From: Octopus sinensis
Taxonomy: Eukaryota
Direction: 5' to 3'
Length of the DNA stretch: 22,081 bases
NCBI RefSeq assembly: GCF_006345805.1
Contig: NW_021824208.1
Location: 1 to 22,081, forward strand
Part shown: piece after piece, positions 9,053 through 19,806 of the stretch
Numbering within the stretch: the stretch's first letter is position 1
Layout: every line of letters begins with the position of its first letter
Program-made: the position numbers and the translations under genes
The notes under the pieces: generated by a model
Seen by the model: the letters and a program-made list of their open reading frames with translations, nothing else
Databases searched by the model: none
What the model was told of the DNA's origin: nothing

Positions 9053-9335
9053 TTTACTCTTTTATTTGTTTCAGTCATTTGACTGCGGCGATGGTGGAGC
9101 ACCGCCTATAGTCGATCAAATCGATCCCGGGACTTATTCTTTGTAAGCCTAGTACTTATTCTATCGGTCTCTTTTGTCGAACCGCTAGATGACGTAGATG
9201 TAAACACACCAGGATCAGTTGTCAAGCAATGCTAGGTGGACAAACACAGACACGCAAACATGCACACACACCACACACATATATACATATATACGACGGG
9301 CTTCTTTCAGTTTCCGTCTACCAAATCCACTCACA
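9053..9335 (-). mobile_element. SINE family A, 5'-truncated, convergent with 8868-9035
   Basis: Reverse complement of the body and tail, beginning at TGTGAGTGGATTTGG. Confidence 0.9.
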
Positions 9336-9562
9336 TATATGTATGTATGTTTGTACGTACGTACGTACGTATGTATGTATGTATGTATGTATGTATGTAT
9401 GTATGTATGTATGTATGTATGTATGTATGTGGTGTGTGTGTATGTATGTATGTATGTATGTATGTATGTGTGTGTGTATGTATGTATGTATGTATGTATG
9501 TATGTGTGTGTGTATGTGTGTGTATGTATGTATGTATGTATGTATGTATGTGTGTGTGTATG

Positions 9563-9596
<34 letters not shown>

Positions 9597-10372
9597 TGTT
9601 ATGTATGTATGTGTGTGTGTATGTGTATGTAATTTAAGTATGTATTATGTATGTATGTATGTAGTATGTGTGTATGTATGTATGTATTATGTGTGTGTGT
9701 ATGTATGTATGTATGTTGTGTGTATGTATGTATGTATGTATGTGTGTGTGTATAGTATGTATATATGTATGTTGTATGTGTGTATGTATGTAGTATGATG
9801 TTGTATGTATGTATGTATGTATGATATGTATGTGTGTATGTATGTATGTATGTATGTTGTATGTGTGTTGTATGTATTAGGTATGTATGTATGTATGTAT
9901 GTATGTATGTATGTATGTATGTATGTATTATGTATGTTTTATGTGTATGTATGTATGTGTGTGTATGTATGTATGTATGTATGTATGTGTGTGTATGTAT
10001 GTAATGTATGTATGTGTGTGTGTAGTATGTAGTTTATATATAGTTATGTTGTAGTATGTATGTATGTATGTATGTATGTATGTATGTATGTATGTATGTA
10101 TGTATTATGTATGTGTGTATGTATGTATGTATTATGTATGTATGTATGGTGTGTGTGTTGATGTATGTATGTATGTGTGTGTATGTATGTCTGTATTATG
10201 TATGTCTGTATTATGTATGTATGTATGTATGTATGTATGTATGTTGTATGTATGTATGTATGTTGTATGTATTATGTATGTATGTATGCATGTATGAATG
10301 GCGTATGTATGTATGTATGTATGTATGTATGTATGTATGTATGTATGTATGTATGTATGTATGTATGTATGT
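9336..10372. repeat. (TATG)n tetranucleotide satellite tract (~1 kb)
   Basis: Direct reading. Confidence 0.97.
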
Positions 10373-10554
10373 TCAGATTTGTATGTTTTGTGTATGTATT
10401 CTCATGCATATAGTTGCATATCTAGACCTGCTCATATATATTTAAATGATAAACTTCTGGAATGTTTTACAGATTTTTACAGTTCCAGTGATGGATTGGA
10501 TCTGTAGCTTTCTGGTTTTAAGAAACCTAATTTCTCAAGATTGGTATTTAGGCA

Positions 10555-10668
10555 ATGTATGCATGTATGTATATATGTATGCATGTGTATATGTATGTGT
10601 GTATTTATGTGTGTATGTATGTGTGTTCTATGTATCTGCATATGTAATTGTGTATGCGCGTGTCTCTG

Positions 10669-10699
<31 letters not shown>

Positions 10700-11180
10700 A
10701 TACGTATGTGTGTGTGTGTATGTATGCATGTATGTGTATAAGTGTGTATGCATATGTATATGCATGTATGCATGTATGCGTGTATGTGTATATGTGTGTA
10801 TGTACGTGTGTATGTATGTGTGTATGCATGTGTGTATGTGTGTATTTGTGTGTATGTATGCATGTGCGTATGTGTGAGTGTGTATGTACGTATATGTGTT
10901 TGTACGTATGTACGTGTGTATGTACATATGTGTGTATGTGTATATGTGTGTATGTATGCATGTGTGCATGCATGTGTGTATGTGTGTGTGTGTTTGTATG
11001 TATATGTGTATGTATGTGTGTATGTAAGTGTGTATGTTTGTAAACATGCATGTGTGTTTGTATGCATTTGTGTGTATGCATTTGTGTATGTGTGAGTGTG
11101 TATGTATGTATATGTGTATGTATGTATGTACGTGTGTATGTACATATGTGTGTATGCATGCGTGTATGTATGTGTGTACG
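10555..11180. repeat. Degenerate (TATG)/(TG)/(TA) compound microsatellite
   Basis: Direct reading. Confidence 0.95.
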
Positions 11181-11185
11181 TATGT

Positions 11186-11250
11186 AAATAGGCGGTGCTC
11201 CAGCATGGCCACAGTGAAATGACTGAAACAAGTAAAGGAGTAAAAGAGTA
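11186..11250 (+). mobile_element. Isolated 3' tail shared with SINE family A (extreme 5' truncation of the SINE or of its partner LINE)
   Basis: GGCGGTGCTCCAGCATGGCCACAGTGAAATGACTGAAACAAGTAAAGGAGTAAAAGAG only. Confidence 0.85.
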
Positions 11251-11254
11251 ATAC

Positions 11255-11406
11255 GTACACGACCAATGAGCTGAAATCGAAGTATCGAAGTTATCGATAT
11301 CTGTCGTTCTCTTCCATTTCCTGGGCGACTCGTCTCGCCTGTCTTTCAAGTACTTCCAGCTCCGAACATATTACATCTTCCAGGGAACTTTCCGGACACG
11401 AAATAC
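11255..11406. repeat. Diverged direct repeat, copy 1 (copy 2 at 13777-13929)
   Basis: Hand alignment: 67/105 identities over two ungapped blocks; anchors GTA[CT]ACGAC, TATCGATA and CGAAATA are colinear. Confidence 0.65.
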
Positions 11407-11628
11407 TGCAACCTAAAAGCGTTTAGCCCCTTTTAGGAGGGGGAAGAGGACGAGGAAGAGAAGGAGGAAGATTAAGTTGGTCATGACCACACAGCTATGC
11501 CTGTACTTCACATAAACATGTATGACTTCTCAAGTTAGATATGAACCAGCACTTTCTTCTCACAACTTACACCCCAAAGGGATTTGTTTCCCGACCGCAT
11601 TTTATTTTTTTTTTATTTTTATTTTTAA

Positions 11629-12207
11629 CCCCTTACCCAACAATTATTTTGAAAATAAATGTATTTTTTCAGACATATTTTTTAATTGTTTTACTTTACT
11701 ATGTTTTGAATGGTGATTTAGAGGTTTATTTCAAACCTTAGTTATTATGAATTTTAATTCAATAATATTGATTTTAAATTACGGCATTGGGCAGAAACGA
11801 GTTAACCCGTTTTTTTCATAAATCATATTACTTTTACAAAAAATCATGTTATTTTATTTGGTTATCGACATGGTGGGGTTATAATATAAAATTAAAAAAA
11901 CAGCGTAAAAAACAAGTGATACTTCTATTCATAAAATGTGCCTTCCAACGCTTCGACTGTCTCCAGGTGACTAAATTATACTCGGTCTTCAATGCCTTAC
12001 TCAAACGAAAGGTGGCAGAAATCGTCACTGCCAGACGTATAAAGTGAGCGAATATACTCGTATATGTCAAAAAAGAGTTTATAATAGACAAAGGAACTCG
12101 TTTGCTGTCGATTTTGGCGAGTCTATCTTTTGACGAGTTAACTCGCCAGAGATAGAAAAAAACGATTTCGGTCAAAACGCATATATTCGTTTCTGCCGGG
12201 TAAGGGT
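11629..12207. mobile_element. piggyBac-like non-autonomous DNA transposon (MITE)
   Basis: TTAA at 11625-11628 and 12208-12211; ends CCCCTTACCC ... GGGTAAGGGT; further inverted pair GGCAGAAACGA (11790-11800) / TCGTTTCTGCC (12187-12197); no ORF of note. Confidence 0.6.
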
Positions 12208-12333
12208 TTAACAACACACAAACATATTGGTATGTGGCATTGATAATCTTTACATGACACTGCGTAACACGATTTCTGTCTTTGGGTAGCAACTGATAGT
12301 TCCTTTTTATTACCCCTCGAAAGTATAGAAAAT

Positions 12334-13222
12334 GGTTAATATTTACTTCAAAATTTGCTTTTCTTCCATTTATTCAAACCCCAAAGAATCTTTCTCAACA
12401 CATGGCTATGATGCTTCCCCACTACTCCTGTTCATCATCAGAGATGCACATATTGTCAGCTGCTAAAAGACATGCTCAAATGGTTAAGGTCAAGCAACTG
12501 ACAAGCAAATCTGTGGTATTGAGCAGAATATTTGCTATAATGATATTTCTGCTTCAGCAACTCAGAGCTGAATCTGTGTGAAATGTAATGGAAAATAGGT
12601 CAGTTTGGAAACATTAATGTCCAGGTGACAAAAGCAAAATGTGAAGGGAACAGTAGTGATTTCCTTTGATTTCTAGACAGAGGAAAATAGAAAATAACAC
12701 TAACTCACCGAAGACAACAAACAAATCTGTGGCATTGAGCAGGTTAATATTTACTTCAAAATTTGCTTTTCTTCCATTTATTCAAACCCCAAAGAATCTT
12801 TCTCAACACATGGCTATGATGCTTCCCCACTACTCCTGTTCATCATCAGAGATGCACATATTGTCAGCTGCTAAAAGACATGCTCAAGAGGTTAAGGTCA
12901 AACAACTGACAAACAAATATGTGGTATTGAGCAGAATATTTGCTATAACGTATTGTCAGCCACTAAGGGACATGCTCAAGAGGTTAAGGTCAAGCAACTG
13001 ACAAACAAATCTGTGGTATTGAGCAGAATATTTGCTATAATGATATTTCTGCTACAGCAACTCAGAGTGCTGAATCTGTGTGGAATGTAATGGAGAATAG
13101 GTCAGCTTCAAAATATTGATGTCCAAGTCAGAAAAGCAAAGCTTGAAGGGAACAGTAGTGATTTCCATTGATTTCTGGATACAAGAAAAATAGGAAGTAA
13201 CATTTATTGACCAAAGACACAA
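12334..13222 (-). repeat. Rearranged tandem duplication of family E fragments plus a ~180-bp non-E segment
   Basis: Inverted E pieces at 12334-12540, 12742-12948 and 12951-13040; segment X at 12541-12720 recurs diverged at 13041-13222. Confidence 0.85.
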
Positions 13223-13246
13223 AAATCAAAATTTGGTTACCGTGTT

Positions 13247-13754
13247 ATGGGGCCGCTTCAAACAAAAATTGAATTTTGTTTTACTTGTGGGGCGCTCTTG
13301 AGCATCAGCAGACAGTGGAGTCACAATGACTCAATGGTTAGGGCAGCGGACTCGCGGTTGGAGGATCGTGGTTTCGATTCCTAGACCGGGCGTTGTGTGT
13401 GTTTATTGAGCGAAAACACCTAAAGTTCCACGAGGCTCTGGCAGGGGGTGGTTGCGACCCCTGTTGTACTCTTTCGCTCCAACTATCTCTCATTCTTTCT
13501 TCCTGTTTCTTGTCCCTGACTTCCTACGCAACCGCTGAGCCTGGATGCGCATTCATCCATCCGACGATGCTCTCGGTGTCGGGGATTGACCTGCTTTCTC
13601 TTCTGCGGGTCTTACGAATAGCAAAGGACCTCGTTTCGGACTTCTCACACTACAGAGGCGCGATCTTGCGAGCTCTGGGCGAATAATCAATAAACAAACA
13701 AAGATCAGCAGACAGGTTTACGCTATCTGTATATACTGCGGATCACCGAGATGA
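13247..13754 (+). pseudogene. SINE-interrupted Cys4 zinc-binding ORF remnant (CACTA/EnSpm transposase-like or RPA12/RPB9-like)
   Basis: Removing the SINE and one TSD copy gives MGPLQTKIEFCFTCGALLSISRQVYAICIYCGSPR* in one frame. Motif recognition only. Confidence 0.35.
13316..13703 (+). mobile_element. SINE family C, tail type 2, with 12-bp target-site duplication
   Basis: Same head and body as 2508-2891 up to TTCCTGTTTCT (~13510), unrelated 3' half, A-rich tail; TSD ATCAGCAGACAG at 13304-13315 and 13704-13715. Confidence 0.92.
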
Positions 13755-14551
13755 ATTCATCTCCAAGGCGAATAAAGTATACGACACTGATGATCAGAAA
13801 TATCAGCGAAATATCGATATACAATCTTCTCGTTCACTTCCGGGATGGTTTGTTTCGCGTAGCTTTGAAACATTTTGTGGTTTTGTTAACGCACTACGTC
13901 TTTAAAGGGGCTTTCCTTGAACGAAATATTTCCTGGTGAGATGGGGAAACTATCATGTTTAAATTAATTATCTTAATTATCAATGCTAATTGCGTAGTTT
14001 TATAACTGATGAAGTTTTTGCTCTATCGAAACAGCTGTCAAGAACAATTAAATTATGAACCATGATACAATTTACAATTTTTCGTTTTTATTATTGTAAA
14101 TACACATACACACACACACACACAAACATTCCTATGCATGTGTATGTATATATAATTATATACACGCATATAAATATGTCCGTATATCTGTGTGTATGTG
14201 TGTGTGTGTGTGTGTGTAGCCGTGTTTACCTCGATGTGGGCATATATGCATTGCACATGCGTGCTTGTGACATGATTTTGGTACATTTACGTAGGTGTCT
14301 ATGTGAGTGTTTGTATGTGTGTGTGTGTACGTTTGCTTATGTAAGATATGTATATGCTTGTATATGACTTAAATATCTATATGTATGTGTTTGTAAGTGC
14401 GTGGGTGTACATTTTTACGGGGTTGTCGCCTGTCCCTGTATATACGGCAGTAGAAGCGAGCGCATGCTTCTGGATCAGTTCATTTCTGCATGCGTTTTTG
14501 CATGCACATATTTTTACGCTTATTTGTATGCACATGTGTGTATATGAATAT

Positions 14552-14711
14552 CAGGAGTGGCTGTGTGGTAAGTAGCTTGCTAACCAACCACATGGTTCCG
14601 GGTTCAGTCCCACTGCGTGGCATCTTGGGCAAGTGTCTTCTGCTATAGGCCCCGGGCCGACCAATGCCTTGTGAGTGGATTTGGTAGACGGAAACTGAAA
14701 GAAGCCTGTCG
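14552..14711 (+). mobile_element. SINE family A, head module only
   Basis: 3 differences from the adjacent head at 14746; ends at a TA tract. Confidence 0.92.
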
Positions 14712-14712
14712 T

Positions 14713-14745
<33 letters not shown>

Positions 14746-14746
<1 letters not shown>

Positions 14747-15146
14747 GGCACAGGAGTGTCTGTGTGGTAAGTAGCTTGCTTACCAACCACATGGTTCCGG
14801 GTTCAGTCCCACTGCGTGGCATCTTGGGCAAGTGTCTTCTGCTATAGCCCCGGGCCGACCAATGCCTTGTGAGTGGATTTGGTAGACGGAAACTGAAAGA
14901 AGCCTGTCGTATACATGTATATATATATGTGGGGGGGCGGTGTTTCTGTGTTTGTCCCCCTAGCATTGCTCGACAACCGATGCTGGTGTGTTTACGTCCC
15001 CGCCACTTAGCGGTTCGGCAAAAGAGACCGATAGACTAAGTACTGGGCTTACAAAGAATAAGTCCCGGGGTCGATTTGATCGACTAAAGGCGGTGCTCCA
15101 GCATGGACGCAATCACATGACTGAAACAAGTAAAAGAGTAAAAGAG
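14746..15146 (+). mobile_element. SINE family A, full length
   Basis: Head, internal microsatellite, body and (TAAAAGAG)n tail. Confidence 0.93.
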
Positions 15147-15229
15147 TATATATTTGTGCATGTTGAATACTATGTTCGTCTGCCTGCCTTAGTACGTGGG
15201 ACGGAGTTGTATGCGTGGTATATACACAC

Positions 15230-15683
15230 ATGTATGTTTATATTCATGTGCATATTTCAGAATGCGTGGATGCGTATATATAGTTCTGCATATATGTGTA
15301 TATAAATTATATATGTTTTTTTTTACATGTGGTTGCTTTAAAACGTGTGTCTTCGTGTATACGATTCCGTGTGCACGGCAAAAAATTTGTATGACATTAT
15401 ATATATATGTATATGTATATGTGTATGTATACATACATTTATACATATGTGTGTATGTTTGTGTATATTCATGTTCATTTTTCAATATGCATGATTTTGC
15501 ATATAAAATTTTTGTGTGCAGGTGGCGCTGATCTTTCGTGTGTGTCTGTTTGTGTAGGTTCAACAGTATGTTTGTGCCACTGGTTTCATAGTCAGAGGGA
15601 GATGTGTGTATACACTCTCTCTATCTCTCCCTATACACACACACACACACACACCCACACATATATATATATATATATATATA

Positions 15684-15720
<37 letters not shown>

Positions 15721-15732
15721 TATATGTGTGTG

Positions 15733-15769
<37 letters not shown>

Positions 15770-16000
15770 GCGCGCGCGAAACTGTTTATTTATATGCACG
15801 TTTCAGTGTGTCCGTATGCATGTGTGTGTGCACGAGTGTGCATGTGTGTATATGGAATTTTTATGCATCTGCACAATTACGTTTGCGCGCGCGTATCATT
15901 TCGTGCGTGTGCGTGTGCGTGGGAGTCCGTGGCTATTTGTGTCACGTATGTACACATGCGCACACACATGCATGCAACACTTAAATATACATATATATAT

Positions 16001-16056
<56 letters not shown>

Positions 16057-16313
16057 ATAATATATAACTATATATATATATATATTATTATATAATGTAA
16101 TATACAATATAAAACACATGCACAGATATATACCTGTAAATATATGTGGCATACATATACAAATGTATGTATATAAATATATACATATAAATATATATAT
16201 ATGCTTGTTTTAGTGCACACACATGCATGCACACACTTAATATACATATATACACACACACTATATATATATATATTATATATATATGTGTGTGTATATA
16301 TATATATATATAA

Positions 16314-16361
<48 letters not shown>

Positions 16362-16525
16362 CACATGCACAGATATATACCTGTAAATATATGTGCATAC
16401 ATATACAAATGTATGTATATAAATATATACATATAAATATATATATATATATATGCTTGTTTTAGTGCACGTTGTTTGTGTGTGTATGTGTGTGTTTAGA
16501 TATGTGTGTGTATGTGTGTGTGTGG
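15230..16525. repeat. Compound (TA)/(CA)/(TG) low-complexity region with a ~110-bp local duplication (16112-16218 and 16359-16470)
   Basis: Direct reading. Confidence 0.85.
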
Positions 16526-16933
16526 CAAGGAGTATGTAGCGTACGTAATTGCGGGGATGAGTGTGTAGAGCAGAGAGGAGTGGAGAGAGGAGAGAGGAGA
16601 GAGGAGAAAGGTGACGGGTGGGGTGTGGGTAAGAAGGTTGGTGCAGTTGCACATTGTTAATCTTCTTCTTCATCTGCATTTTCGAGAAAAAAAAACAAAA
16701 GTAAAAAATAAAAAAAATCACAGCCAAATCGAAAACTAAATTAAAAAAAATTAAAAAATAAAAAAATTAAGGAAAAACGACTAACCAAAAAAAAAAAAAA
16801 TCAACAAAACAACAAATATATTAAATTGGCAAGTGGGATTTAGACCCCTAAAGATAACAGTTTCCTGGTTCGTGTACTGCTGTCGCCGATCTGACCAAAT
16901 TACCAGACGACCGAGTAATATAAAAGATTAATA

Positions 16934-16997
16934 ATGGCGAACGCGCCGTTTGACGTTGTCGAGATTGAGGAGGCCGCTTGCAGCATAGAGCAAGAAG
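16934..16997 (+). CDS. Putative first coding exon of an unidentified host gene (MANAPFDVVEIEEAACSIEQE, phase-1 intron follows)
   Basis: ataATGG Kozak context, non-repetitive CpG-rich codons, AAG|GTATGC donor, abrupt switch to T-rich intron-like sequence. No downstream exon recognised in the window. Confidence 0.6.
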
Positions 16998-17312
16998 GTA
17001 TGCAAACAAGCAAGTTTTTTTTTTGGGGGGGGGTTGTGTGGTATTTGTTTGTTTTTATTGTTTATTTGTTTTTTTTGCTTTTTGGCTGTTGTTGTCGTTT
17101 TTTTGTACTTTTCATTTTTTGTTGTTGTCGTTGTTGTTGTTGTTTGTTTTTAAATGGCTTAGTCAGAAAAAATAAAAGAAGAGTAACGAACGTCCGTGAC
17201 CCCCTTTTTTTGAAGGGGTCGCCGAGAAATTGTAGGCGGAAATTGAAGGAAGAAGCAAATGACTCATGGGTTAAAAACAACAGAAAAGTAAAAAAAAAAA
17301 AAAAAAAGGAAA

Positions 17313-17729
17313 GCGCAGGAGTGGCTGTGTGGTAAGTAGCTTGCTAACCAACCACATGGTTCCGGATTCAGTCCCACTGCGTGGCATCTTGGGCAAGAGT
17401 CTTCTGCTATAGCCTCGGGCCGACCAAAGCCTTGTGAGTGGATTTGGTAGACGGAAACTGAAAGAAGCCTGTCGTATATATGTATATATATATATATATA
17501 TATATGTGCGTGTGTGTTTGTGTTTGTCCCCCTAGCATTGCTTGACAACCGATGCTGTTGTGTTTACGTTCCCGTCACTTAGCGGTTCGGTAAAAGAGAC
17601 CGATAGAATGAGTACTGGGCTTACAAAAAAGAATAAGTCCCGGGGTCGATTTGCTCGACTAAAGGCGGTGCTCCAGCATGGCCGCAGTCAAATGACTGAA
17701 ACAAGTAAAAGAGTAAAAGAGTAAAGAGT
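17313..17729 (+). mobile_element. SINE family A, full length
   Basis: Head, internal TA/TG tract, body and tail. Confidence 0.94.
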
Positions 17730-17850
17730 AAACATGTAAAATGGAGCATCAAGGGATCGAATTGTCGTCAGGGAAGCTGGTGACCCTTGTTCTCCTGAAT
17801 CTTTGCGATGTATTGAACTTTGATATCTAAGGGTCCAGGTATTATCAAAG

Positions 17851-18545
17851 AGGTGTGGTGGTGGTGGTGGTGGTGGCGGTGGTGGCGGCGGCGGTGGTAA
17901 TGGTGATGGCGGGAGAGATGGTCGTAACGGTGGTGGTGGTGGTGGTTTGTAATGGTGGTGGTGGTGGTGGTGGTGGTGGCGATGGTGGTGTGGTGGCGAT
18001 GGTGGTGGTGGTGGCGATGGTGGTGGTAAAGGTGATAGAGGTAATGCTGATGGCGGGAGAGATGGTCGTAACGGTGGTGGTGGTGGTGGTGGTGGTGGTG
18101 GTGGTAGTGGTGGCGATGGTGGTGGTGGTGGCGATGGCGGTAGTGCTGATGGCGGGAGAGATGGTCGTAACGGTGGTGGTGGTGGTCGTGGTGGTGGTGG
18201 TGGTCGTGGTGGTGGTGGTGGTGGTGGTGGTGGTGGTGGTGGTGGTGGTGGTAGTGGTGGCGATGGTGGTGGTGGTGGCGATGGCGGTAGTGCTGATGGC
18301 GGGAGAGATGGTCGTAACGGTGGTGGTGGTGGTCGTGGTGGTGGTGGTGGTGGTGGTGGTGGTGGTGGTGTGGTGAAGGTTTGTTTACGATGGAGCCTGT
18401 GGTGGTAGTAGCAGTGATGGTATGATGATGGGGATAATACAGATGGTGGCGGTGGTGTTGGTTCTGTTGGTGGCGACGGTATTGACAGCGGTGGTGCTGC
18501 AAATGGTACAGCCAGTAGTAGGGGTTGTGGTGGTGGGTTTTTGGA
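17851..18545. repeat. (GGT)n-rich repeat with a higher-order motif
   Basis: GATGGCGGGAGAGATGGTCGTAACGGTGGT at 17905, 18049, 18148 and 18295 inside GGT runs. Confidence 0.93.
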
Positions 18546-18864
18546 GATTTGGTGCTGGTGTTACACCTGTCCTTAAATTAAGTCTACGGCAACCTAAGAG
18601 TAATTGTTCATAGGATACTGTTTTAGATGCTAGAAATAGCAGGTGATTTTTTTTTTTGTTTGATCTGCATATCTTAATTAAAAAGAGAAAGTAGACTTTA
18701 TATAATGTGTAATGTGTACATAAAATTTGACAAAACGATGGGACGGTCGTGGTTGGAATGTTTCCAACAAACGACAACAACTGCAACAACAATGACGGCA
18801 ACAACAACAATTGCTGCATCAATCTTTTCTACCCACTGCGTGAGATCTTGGGCAAAGAACTTGT

Positions 18865-19420
18865 AACAAAGCAAACACGGCGAACACGTGGTATAAAACC
18901 GACAAATATCAAGGAGTGATGTTTGTAGAGGCCACAGCCCATGGAGAACTAGCCCGTAGATTTAGGAAAGCTCTGAGGGACACCAAACTCAACATTAAGA
19001 TTGTTGAAAAGCCAGGGAACTCCGTCATATCACAACCTATGTAAGACGTACCCCTTTGAGAATACCATATGCACCAATGATAACTGCATGGTATGTAGGA
19101 TTAGCCCTGGCATTAACTGTAGAACTAGAAATGTAGTCTACAGCATAAGATGCATAGAAGGTGCTTGTAAGGACATGGGCATGACATACATAGGAGAAAC
19201 GTCTAGGAGCATTGCGGAACGGATAAATGAACATCTGGGACAATATGGTGACAGAAAACAGTCCTCCATACTCTACCAACATATCAAAGACCAGCATGGA
19301 GGTAACATGGGTTAACTTGACATCTGCATCTTATCCAAGCACCCAAAGGACCCAACACTAAGACAAATACAGGAGTACGTCCTCATAAATGAAACTTCCC
19401 CAATACTAAATAGGAAATAT
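18865..19420 (+). mobile_element. Penelope-like element (Neptune type) linker plus GIY-YIG endonuclease remnant
   Basis: TWYKTDKYQGVMFVEATAHGELARRF...IKIVEKPG, frameshift near 19036, LCKTYPF...CTNDNCMVC...CRTRNVVYSIRC...YIGETSRSIAERINEH, stop at 19313, ...PTLRQIQEYVLI...PILNRK. VVY-YIG, R and EH motifs with the extra Cys cluster typical of Neptune. Confidence 0.9.
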
Positions 19421-19494
19421 ATATAGTAGATATCATACCCCCATACCCACAGTTTACACAGGTAGAGTAGAATAGTTCGTGGGCTGTTATGTAG

Positions 19495-19528
19495 ATAGAT
19501 GCATGTATGTACGTGTGGGGGTGTATGT

Positions 19529-19570
<42 letters not shown>

Positions 19571-19765
19571 ATGTGTGTGTGTAGATACATGTATGTATGT
19601 GTGTGTAGGTGGGTGTATGAATATATATAGCTATATGCACATGAATGTAAGCATATGAATATAAAAGTAAACAGACATGCATACATACACATACATATAT
19701 ACATGCATGCATGTATAGGCACACACACACACACACTGAACCATGCACATGCGCACAAACAAACA
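19495..19765. repeat. Compound (TA)/(TG)/(CA) microsatellite
   Basis: Direct reading. Confidence 0.9.
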
Positions 19766-19806
19766 AACAAAAAGAAACGCAGTGTGAGTAACGGACAGAG
19801 TCAAAA

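Noticed and set aside
6905-10372. Giant hairpin between the (TACA)n and (TATG)n blocks
   Set aside because: Complementarity is trivial for the same microsatellite in opposite orientation; interruptions are not mirrored and flanks are unrelated.
6670-11349. Long HTYI/MYVC-repeat ORFs (up to 290 aa)
   Set aside because: (TACA)n/(TATG)n lacks stop codons, so long open frames are expected artefacts.
13716-13935. Open 220-nt + strand exon ending CTG|GTGAGA
   Set aside because: Acceptor lies in the SINE TSD behind an A-rich tail with no pyrimidine tract, and the peptide is unrecognisable; the homologous frame at 11.3 kb ends in a stop with no donor.
16112-16470. ~110-bp direct duplication
   Set aside because: Embedded in TA/CA tracts; ordinary slippage-type duplication.
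16919-16926. TATAAAAG as the gene's TATA box
   Set aside because: Only 7 nt before the ATG; a start site 25-30 nt downstream would fall inside the coding exon.
17768-18822. His-rich 244-aa, Val-rich 173-aa and Thr-rich 145-aa ORFs
   Set aside because: Translations of GGT/ACC triplet repeats and low-complexity flank, with no domain or splice support.
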